In this document: positions 9,770 to 17,344 of the stretch, in pieces
Numbering within the stretch: the stretch's first letter is position 1
How the letters are laid out: the number at the start of each line of letters is the position of its first letter
NCBI GenBank assembly: GCA_003331635.1
Contig: QOPH01000002.1
Span: forward strand, 68,721-132,720
Origin: SAR86 cluster bacterium
Lineage (GTDB): Bacteria; Pseudomonadota; Gammaproteobacteria; Magnimaribacterales; TMED112
DNA: 64,000 nt
Direction of reading: 5' to 3'
Position numbers and translations under genes: made by a program
Notes under the pieces: model-generated
Database searches by the model: none
What the model was told of the DNA's origin: nothing
Seen by the model: the letters and a program-made list of their open reading frames with translations, nothing else

Positions 9770-10648
9770 ATGTTAGGTATAAATAGTAAAAAAAATATTC
9801 AATTTCCCCTACAAAAACAAGGCACACCAAGTGTAGTAGTTTTAGAGGACTTTTTTGATGAAGAATTTATTAGAGAAGCAAATAATGATTTTGAAGAGTT
9901 TATAAAAAAATCATCTGAGGTCGATTTTCTTAGTTTTGGAGAAACACGAAAAAATTTATCTTCAAGAGGGTCTAGGTATGAGGAAATTGTTAAATCGTCA
10001 AAATCTATCAGAAAAATTTGTGAATATATTAAGTCTGAGGAATTCTTTAAAAAATGTATTAAAAATTCGACTGAAGCATTCAATAAAAAAGGATTAAAAA
10101 TTAAAATTCCAAAATTCAATCAAAATTCCTATGACTCCTTAAGGTTTGCTAAAAAATTCTCTATCTTATGGGCGTTAAATAAGCTTCGTTTTGTTTTGTT
10201 TCAAATTCCCTATTTTGGAGACTTATTTGAGAAATTAAGTTTATCTTTGTTTGGAAACGTAGCTCCTACTATTGATGTTGCACAGTCTGAAATGGGTTAC
10301 GAAGTTGGAATGCATACTGATAGTAGATTTAAACTCATGGCTGGGATTATTTATTTAAATACAATAAAAGATGATAGTGATGGAGAAACAGAGTTTTGGA
10401 GCTCCGAAGGTCTTTCAAACCTTGAAAATCAAAAAAGATATCCAGATAAAGAGGATATAGTTAATTCCAAACTTTTGATGAGTGTTAAGCCTAAGGCCGG
10501 AAGAACTGTTTTATTCATAAACTCAAACGATTCTTATCATAGTGTTAAGAAATTTAAAGGAGATAAAAGGAACATCATATATTTTTCCTTTTCTGTACCT
10601 ATTTTAGATAATATCTGGGAAACAGACTTTAAAGTTAAATCTCTTTAA
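9770..10648 (+). CDS. 2-oxoglutarate/Fe(II)-dependent oxygenase
   Basis: HTD...IIYLN...G.TEFW...YHSV...KR, giving the HxD...H facial triad plus the 2OG-binding Arg. Confidence 0.8.
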   Translation: MLGINSKKNIQFPLQKQGTPSVVVLEDFFDEEFIREANNDFEEFIKKSSEVDFLSFGETRKNLSSRGSRYEEIVKSSKSIRKICEYIKSEEFFKKCIKNSTEAFNKKGLKIKIPKFNQNSYDSLRFAKKFSILWALNKLRFVLFQIPYFGDLFEKLSLSLFGNVAPTIDVAQSEMGYEVGMHTDSRFKLMAGIIYLNTIKDDSDGETEFWSSEGLSNLENQKRYPDKEDIVNSKLLMSVKPKAGRTVLFINSNDSYHSVKKFKGDKRNIIYFSFSVPILDNIWETDFKVKSL

Positions 10649-11471
10649 TTGCTTCAAGCATGTGTTGATGAACAATATCCTCTTTTCCTACCAGATTGTT
10701 TGCTAAACAAAAGCCTATGACTGCTTGCATAAGATTCATTCGTGAGCCGTCAATACAATTTAGAGAAAGAGAGCTTGCATCTCTTAATAGTTTTGAAGGA
10801 CTGTTTATATAATTAACATCGAATAACAGAGCTTCTTTGTTAATTGAACTTAATTGACTAGCTGAAAGAATAGAATCTTCGTTATTTCCATCTTTACCTA
10901 TAGAGGTGCAATTTATAAGAACATCGTAGTTTTCTATATCAAGATTAAGTGAACCATAATCTTTAAAATTCATCCCAAAATCTGTAAATAAACTAGAAAT
11001 TTCCTGATTTCTTCCATAAACATCTACATCAAAATTTTTATTTTGATTAGAAAGTTGATAGCACAATGATTTTGAAACTCCTCCAGTTCCAAGAATGCAT
11101 ACCCTTTGAATATCTAAATCTTTTTTTACGGAACTAATTGATTCGAGTAAAGCTAAGGTATCAGTATTAGCTGCTGTAAACTTGCCTTCAGAATTAAAGA
11201 AACAATTTTTTGGTTCAATAAAACTACCGCTATCATCTGCAAAATAATTTGCGACAACTTCTTTAAGTGGTGCTGCTACCGCTCCACCAATAAAATCAGT
11301 TTTTGTTATTTCTGAATCTAAGAATTCTATTGCATCACTTTCATGCTCTATATCTACAGCTGTCATTTCTGCATCAATATTGAGTGCATTAAAAGCAGCA
11401 TTCCATAAAATAGGAGAACGAGCACCCTTTGAAACATCTTTCCCTATTATTGCCGCCCTCTTCATCTTCAA
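10635..11471 (-). CDS. Shikimate dehydrogenase (AroE)-like oxidoreductase, divergent
   Basis: SPILWN, PLK, NTD, GTGGV, NCTSIG, DVNY and DG..M...Q motifs. Confidence 0.8.
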   Translation of the reverse strand: MKMKRAAIIGKDVSKGARSPILWNAAFNALNIDAEMTAVDIEHESDAIEFLDSEITKTDFIGGAVAAPLKEVVANYFADDSGSFIEPKNCFFNSEGKFTAANTDTLALLESISSVKKDLDIQRVCILGTGGVSKSLCYQLSNQNKNFDVDVYGRNQEISSLFTDFGMNFKDYGSLNLDIENYDVLINCTSIGKDGNNEDSILSASQLSSINKEALLFDVNYINSPSKLLRDASSLSLNCIDGSRMNLMQAVIGFCLANNLVGKEDIVHQHMLEAIKEI

Positions 11472-12343
11472 ATTACCTCTTTAGAAACTGCTTTTGCAAC
11501 GTTATCCATTTTTTTCATAAGAGAATTAAACGTATCGAAGTTGATTGGTTGCAAAGGATCGACTGCAGAATTTTCTGGATCTGGATGAACTTCTAACATT
11601 ATTGAATCAGCTCCAGATGCAATTGATGCAAGTGTCATTGGTTCAACCCAATCACGCCAGAAGGTTGCATGGGATGGGTCTGTAGCAACTGGAATATTTG
11701 TTATTTCTTGTGTTGCTGGAACAACTTGTAAATCCAATGAAAATCTAGAAGTTGCTCTATGAGTATGTGGAATTGACATTCCTCTCTCACATAAAATTAA
11801 TTTTGTACAGCCTTCCTTAAGAGCGTACTCAGCTGCTCCCAACCAATCTCTTAATGAGGCACCATAATGTCGTTTAAGCATTATAGGGAAACCTGTCTTT
11901 GCTGATTCTACTATTAGAGGATAATTTTGCATGTTTCTAGATCCAATCTGCAGGATATCCGTAGCATCGCATACTGCATCTAAATGTTTTTCTTCCATAA
12001 CTTCAGTTATGACAGGTATTTCAGCCTCCTCTCTGGCTGATTTTAACCACTTCAGACCATCTAAGCCTGTTTCTGTATATTTCTCATTTCTATAAGGAAA
12101 ACTTAAAGGTTTAAAAGCTCCACCTCTTAGAAAAGTAGCACCTGAAGCTTTTACTGACTTCGCAGTTTCTATAATGAGTTCTTCTGACTCAACCATGTTT
12201 GGACCTGCCATAACAGGAATTTTTTTACCATTAAAAACAACACCTGCTATTTCGAAAGGTTCTTTTGAAAAATTGGCTACTAAAGGTATTTTCGACTTTA
12301 TATCCTCTTCAGTTATATCTTTTCCGGGAAACTTGTTATACAT
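11468..12343 (-). CDS. Type I-beta DAHP synthase / KDO8P synthase family PEP-aldolase, divergent active site
   Basis: AGPN, LRGGAFKP, QIGSRNMQN, LCERG, DPSH and EVHPDP motifs; no regulatory domain. Confidence 0.85.
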   Translation of the reverse strand: MYNKFPGKDITEEDIKSKIPLVANFSKEPFEIAGVVFNGKKIPVMAGPNMVESEELIIETAKSVKASGATFLRGGAFKPLSFPYRNEKYTETGLDGLKWLKSAREEAEIPVITEVMEEKHLDAVCDATDILQIGSRNMQNYPLIVESAKTGFPIMLKRHYGASLRDWLGAAEYALKEGCTKLILCERGMSIPHTHRATSRFSLDLQVVPATQEITNIPVATDPSHATFWRDWVEPMTLASIASGADSIMLEVHPDPENSAVDPLQPINFDTFNSLMKKMDNVAKAVSKEVI

Positions 12344-13397
12344 CTTGCCCTAGTTTAGCCGATCTAACATCATCAGAAAAAGAAATTATTGAATTATTCT
12401 CCACAGATGAATATAAAGCATGAATATATTTTATTGAATCTAAACTGGATTCTGCACTTGTAGGAAAAATAATTTTTCCGGAATCATTAAAATTTTTACT
12501 AATTTCTTTAAGCATATGATGATGACCGTTACCATAACCATTTTTTACAGTTTCTGAGTTTTCTTTAAGTTCATTTGATAGCTCCACTCCATCAAGCTTA
12601 ACTCTTGTAAGCTCATTTAAAGCGATGCCTCCAACTGAAATTTGATATTTATCAGTTACCACTTCTAATGATGCTGAAAAATCTTCAGGTCTCACAGCGG
12701 TCGTCGCTTCAATTGTAAAAAATCCACCCTTTAAAAGTGTTCCAGACGCAACAAAAGTATCCTCAGCCTCAAGTTTATTATTGATATTTCCAGAGAAACC
12801 AGATAAAAATTGTGGAGGGCCAAATAAATAAAATAGAGCATCAATATGGTGTATTGCTTGTTGGCTAATTACTCCACCATCTGTTTTCCATCTCCCGTGC
12901 CATTCATCATTATAATAATCTTGAAACCTACACCACTGCAATTTAACACTTGCTGAAATGATTTTTCCAAAATCATTTTGTAAAAAGAGATTTTCAATAT
13001 ATTTAATTGGTTTATTCAATCTGTTTTGAAATACACCTCCGTAAAGAACATTTTTTTCTTTAGCAAGTGCCATATTTGCAACAACATCCTCTACGTTAAG
13101 ACCTATAGGTTTTTCACACAGAACATTAACTCCATTTTGTAAAAGTACCTTTGAGTTTTCTGCATGACTACCTGATGGAGTAGTAATTATGGCAATATCA
13201 ACATCATCTTTGCTTACCTCATCTATTGAAGCAAAGGTCTTACCTGAATTCTCTTTTTCCCATTTGCTCCTTGATTCTGCATACTGGTCCACACCTACAG
13301 AAAAAATATATTCATCAGATAAATTTTCTTTAATGACTTCAGCATAATGTTGAGCTGCTCGCCCTAAACCTATGAAAGCTAGTTTTAATTTACTCAA
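12336..13397 (-). CDS. Gfo/Idh/MocA NAD(P) oxidoreductase (WlbA/WbpB-like sugar dehydrogenase)
   Basis: IGLG, TPSGSH, CEKP, FQNR and W.R...YY...W.G.W..DGG....QAIHHID motifs. Confidence 0.82.
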   Translation of the reverse strand: MSKLKLAFIGLGRAAQHYAEVIKENLSDEYIFSVGVDQYAESRSKWEKENSGKTFASIDEVSKDDVDIAIITTPSGSHAENSKVLLQNGVNVLCEKPIGLNVEDVVANMALAKEKNVLYGGVFQNRLNKPIKYIENLFLQNDFGKIISASVKLQWCRFQDYYNDEWHGRWKTDGGVISQQAIHHIDALFYLFGPPQFLSGFSGNINNKLEAEDTFVASGTLLKGGFFTIEATTAVRPEDFSASLEVVTDKYQISVGGIALNELTRVKLDGVELSNELKENSETVKNGYGNGHHHMLKEISKNFNDSGKIIFPTSAESSLDSIKYIHALYSSVENNSIISFSDDVRSAKLGQDV

Positions 13398-14715
13398 ATT
13401 TCACCTCAAATTTACTCATTTCTTCTTCAGTGCTTATTTCAATCATATCAGCTTGATTAAGTTGGGGAATAAGATTTACCCTTTTTTTTAAAAAATTCCC
13501 ATTCCTTAAATCTGATGCATTAAGTGTGCACCCAAAACCAAATGGACAAATCATCACTGATGATTCCTCCAATTCTCTTGGCAATAGCTGATTATTTATT
13601 GCTATTTCGCTTTCCTCTCCTCTTGTAAAACATATTCTTTTTTCTTCATGGCTATAAAGTGTTGGTAGAAATGCTGATTCGTAAAAACTATCTACCAAAT
13701 TTTTAAAACTACTCTGATCTCTAAAAGGGTAGTTAACAGAAGAAAGAGTAATGGAATTAGGTATATATTTTTGATTTTCAAAATCTAAAAGACAATCCTT
13801 TAATACATCATTTAAGGAGGTGTCATAGTCTTTTGTGCCTCTATCAAAAATATCGAGTCCAGATTCTTCTGCTTGCTTCAAAGCCTTTTTATCGATTCCA
13901 CAAAATACTATGTCTTCAAAAACCGAACTTTTTTTTGCATCACTTATAACTTTTCGCAAAAGACCAAGACGAAAGTCGTCATATTTTTCTCTATCAAAAA
14001 TAATAAGTATGTCTTTTGTTTTTCCTTTATATTCACAAAGATTTTCACTCTTAAATTCGTCTGCTTCCATTATTTGAACAATTTTTTTAGCTCTTTTTTT
14101 ATCTGCTTCCTGATGTATGCCATGATGATGAAAAACTACTGCATCCGGCTCATATACAATCTTGAGTTTATTCTTTATGACTTCTTTTCCCCAAATTCTG
14201 TCCTCAATATTAGTCACTTCATCATCAAAACGAAATTTCTCCCAGGTTTTTCTTGTGAATGCTGAGTTGGCATTGTGAAAAAAAGAATCCTTTTCCTGAA
14301 CTCTCTTATCATTTCCAAATGTCAAAAATAAATCCCTTTTATCGAGATAATGTGATGAACTTGTGGGTACTTGCTTTCCATAAACACCCGCAATTTTTTC
14401 ATCTTCTAAATCATTTACTAAATTTTTAAGCCAATCTTTCTCTTTGGGAATGCAGTGCGCAGACAAACATATCAGATAATCTCCTGAAGAGTTTTCAATT
14501 CCATAATTAATTGCGTTTCCTGGTTTAAATTCTTTGAGGGTAACTACTTTTACATTCCATTCTTTTGCTTTTTCAACAGTCTTGTCTGTGGAACAGTTAT
14601 CTACAATAATTACCTCAAAATTTTTGTAATCCTGTTTGAAAATTGCATTTAAACAAATAGAAATCCATTTTTCTTCATTCTTCGTTCTAATTATTATGGA
14701 AGCTTTTTTCATCAT
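13390..14715 (-). CDS. GT2 glycosyltransferase fused to a degenerate NeuA-like cytidylyltransferase domain
   Basis: N-terminal SIIIRTKNEE, VDNCSTD, FHNANSA, IED; C-terminal AKKSSVFEDIV...NYPFRD...IEIST resembles the NeuA fold. Confidence 0.7.
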   Translation of the reverse strand: MMKKASIIIRTKNEEKWISICLNAIFKQDYKNFEVIIVDNCSTDKTVEKAKEWNVKVVTLKEFKPGNAINYGIENSSGDYLICLSAHCIPKEKDWLKNLVNDLEDEKIAGVYGKQVPTSSSHYLDKRDLFLTFGNDKRVQEKDSFFHNANSAFTRKTWEKFRFDDEVTNIEDRIWGKEVIKNKLKIVYEPDAVVFHHHGIHQEADKKRAKKIVQIMEADEFKSENLCEYKGKTKDILIIFDREKYDDFRLGLLRKVISDAKKSSVFEDIVFCGIDKKALKQAEESGLDIFDRGTKDYDTSLNDVLKDCLLDFENQKYIPNSITLSSVNYPFRDQSSFKNLVDSFYESAFLPTLYSHEEKRICFTRGEESEIAINNQLLPRELEESSVMICPFGFGCTLNASDLRNGNFLKKRVNLIPQLNQADMIEISTEEEMSKFEVKFE

Positions 14716-15446
14716 ATTTTCTCTGGTATCGGAGGTAAATTTTCAAAATCATTCTCTTTGATCCATTCGGCTGCCTTATTAGCTAAAAATAAATCAAAAT
14801 CGTTATGTATGTCTAATGCTGAAAAGCTTCTATTATCTGTTATCAGCTTAACATTGTCACCAATTCTACGCCCATTCCTCCAAAGGTTTGAACGAGATGC
14901 ACAAGCTAACCCAGTATCTTCCCTGTATGATTTTCTTCTAACTTGTCTACTCTCATAAATACTCATCCATTCTTTAAGACGTGTTGGATTATTATCAATA
15001 ACCTCCCAAAAGTTTTTGTGAGTTTCATTAGCGACGAATACACTCTCCAATTCATTATTTTCTTCAAGTGCATCTATAGCATGATCTATCCATCCATCTC
15101 TTCTGAATAAATCAGTACATGTTAAAAAAACGCATATATCGAAGCTTTGTTTAAATATTTTTTCTGACTCCAATAAAGAATACTTTAATGTCTCCTCAGT
15201 GGTTGTTAAATCACCTGAAACATCACTAGTACGCAAAAAGGGAACTTCTGCACCATATTTTAATGCAACCTCTCTTATGTCTTTATCGTCTGTAGAAACA
15301 ACTATTTTCGAAAGTTTTTTAGATCTTTTAGCTGCCTCGATTGGCCATGCAATTAAAGGATGACCCAAGAATTCTCTTAAATTCTTTTTCTCAAGCCCCT
15401 TAGAGCCTCCCCTTGCAGGGATTATTGCTATACTATTACTCTGCAT
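14712..15446 (-). CDS. Acylneuraminate (CMP-ulosonate) cytidylyltransferase, NeuA-like
   Basis: IIPARGGSKGLEKKN, VSTDD, EVPFLR and LDIH..FD motifs. Confidence 0.88.
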   Translation of the reverse strand: MQSNSIAIIPARGGSKGLEKKNLREFLGHPLIAWPIEAAKRSKKLSKIVVSTDDKDIREVALKYGAEVPFLRTSDVSGDLTTTEETLKYSLLESEKIFKQSFDICVFLTCTDLFRRDGWIDHAIDALEENNELESVFVANETHKNFWEVIDNNPTRLKEWMSIYESRQVRRKSYREDTGLACASRSNLWRNGRRIGDNVKLITDNRSFSALDIHNDFDLFLANKAAEWIKENDFENLPPIPEKI

Positions 15447-15462
15447 TAAAGGTAGATTTTAC

Positions 15463-16629
15463 ATGATAAGTATAGTAATTCCATCTAGAAATGATGACAT
15501 TGAAGTTTTTCAAAAAACTATTAACGCAATAAAAAAACAAACTGTATTGCCAAAAGAAATTATTATTGTTGATTCAAGTACTGATAATTCAATAAAAAAC
15601 TTTTTACAAAAGCAAAAATTAAAGCTGATTAATCTTATTTACAAAAAAATTGATGGGTCATTTGCAGGAAAAAGTACAAATATTGGAATGTCTCTTGCAA
15701 CACAAAAGTTTATTGGTTTGCTTGATACCAAAACAATTCCAAATGATACATGGATAGAAAAATACATAAAACAATTGGAAAGAGATAACTCAGATTTGAT
15801 TTTTGGAAATACAAAATTCTTCTCTAAAAATAGATTTCAAAAAATACTAAGAATTCTTTCATATGGTGATGCATCACATGAAACAGTACCTGGAACTATA
15901 TTTAAACGCAGTAAATTCGGCAAAAAAATGTTTTTCATTGAAAATGTCAGATCATCATATGATATTGAGTGGAGGGAGAGACAAAAAACTCTTTTGAAAA
16001 CTTCTTTGGGTAATGAGATTGAAATAGAGTATGGAGAATTTCCAAATTCATTCTTGGATGCTGCAAAAAAATACTTTATTTATAGTTTTTATACTGCAAT
16101 TGTAAATGTTCAAAAGGATGCGAAAGATCTATATTTATCAATTTTTATAATTTTATCCGCATTAGTCATACCAAGATGGAATTTTTTTCTTGAAGGCTGG
16201 GATGAGAATCCGCTCTATATTGCAGATGTAACAAAAAAATACTTTTTATCACTATTGGTAATTTTTTTGAGTTTTTTAATTGCAACAAGATTTTTTCCTA
16301 AGCAAGTAGAAAATAGGCTTCCATTTATTACTCTTAAATACACAGTTTTTCTTTTTATCTTTCTTTCTGTTTTTAATTGGAATGCAGTAGTAGCTGACTG
16401 GGTAGAGGATGCTGTTTTTTACATTCCACATATCACGAAAATTTTTGTGGTTTTAGTTTTGATTTCCTCTGTATTGGTTAGGGGACTTTTTAAACCAGTA
16501 AGCAACAAAGTTAAATTAAATTATCTTCTTCCCTTTAGGTGGTTATTTATTGGCACTATTGGGCTAATACTCGATATTGTTAAAGCTCCTGGTTACATAA
16601 TAGGTTCCTTGATTTCAAAATTTAGATAA
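15463..16629 (+). CDS. GT2 glycosyltransferase with C-terminal transmembrane helices
   Basis: SIVIPSRND, IIIVDSSTD, LLD; hydrophobic C-terminal half. Confidence 0.75.
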   Translation: MISIVIPSRNDDIEVFQKTINAIKKQTVLPKEIIIVDSSTDNSIKNFLQKQKLKLINLIYKKIDGSFAGKSTNIGMSLATQKFIGLLDTKTIPNDTWIEKYIKQLERDNSDLIFGNTKFFSKNRFQKILRILSYGDASHETVPGTIFKRSKFGKKMFFIENVRSSYDIEWRERQKTLLKTSLGNEIEIEYGEFPNSFLDAAKKYFIYSFYTAIVNVQKDAKDLYLSIFIILSALVIPRWNFFLEGWDENPLYIADVTKKYFLSLLVIFLSFLIATRFFPKQVENRLPFITLKYTVFLFIFLSVFNWNAVVADWVEDAVFYIPHITKIFVVLVLISSVLVRGLFKPVSNKVKLNYLLPFRWLFIGTIGLILDIVKAPGYIIGSLISKFR

Positions 16630-17344
16630 AACTTTTTATATCAAGAAATTCTGATTCAATGTTGTAAGATTTTGAAATTCTTTTTGGCATTTTTAATGCT
16701 TTAATTTTCAAGCTCTTTGAAAATGAATTCATAAATCTTAAGAAATTAAGTGGGCTCCCATTTAAGTCATTTTTATACTCTTGTAATTGTTGGATTATGG
16801 AATCTTTCACAATAAAAATACTCTGATCTGCTAGCCCCTCGTCCCAATTTATTTCTGCTCTATTATCAATTGAGAGATGAATATCATTAACAAACTCAGA
16901 ATTTTCTTTGAGCACATATTTTACATATGGATTTTTATCAAATATTAAGGGTACAAAAATATCAGCATCCTCAGAAATATTTAAATGCTTTTCAAATGCA
17001 GATATTGAATCAATAATAAAAGTATCGCCCCAACACACAAATATTAGACTACCATTTGCTTTAAAGCTACTTAACCCATCTAAAACAGCTTGTCCATCTC
17101 CTGAACCTGACTCACTTTCAATGAATTTAATCTTTGATAAAAAATGATCCTCAATATTTTTGTTGAACAATTCTTTTGAAGATTTATCTTTAGGTATTGG
17201 TATTATTATTGTTTCAAAATACTTATTAACTTCCTCTAAAAGGTAATTTATCGCTGCTCTACCATTAATTTTTAGTAGTTGCTTTGGTACTGATGATTTC
17301 ATTCTTGTTGATTTTCCAGCACATGGAATAATAATTTTTCTCAA
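16622..17344 (-). CDS. Nucleotidyltransferase (GlmU-N/IspD-like NTP transferase)
   Basis: IIIPCAGKSTRMKS..PKQL, GSGDG and WGD motifs; TTG at 17344 gives a TTGA overlap with the upstream stop (ORF track start is 17359). Confidence 0.75.
   Translation of the reverse strand: MRKIIIPCAGKSTRMKSSVPKQLLKINGRAAINYLLEEVNKYFETIIIPIPKDKSSKELFNKNIEDHFLSKIKFIESESGSGDGQAVLDGLSSFKANGSLIFVCWGDTFIIDSISAFEKHLNISEDADIFVPLIFDKNPYVKYVLKENSEFVNDIHLSIDNRAEINWDEGLADQSIFIVKDSIIQQLQEYKNDLNGSPLNFLRFMNSFSKSLKIKALKMPKRISKSYNIESEFLDIKSFI

Noticed and set aside
10635-12343. Reading the island DAHP synthase/AroE as a simple second aromatic amino-acid operon
   Set aside because: Substrate-binding motifs are altered, aroB/aroD/aroK are absent, the genes are coupled to NeuA/GT genes, and housekeeping aroG is present
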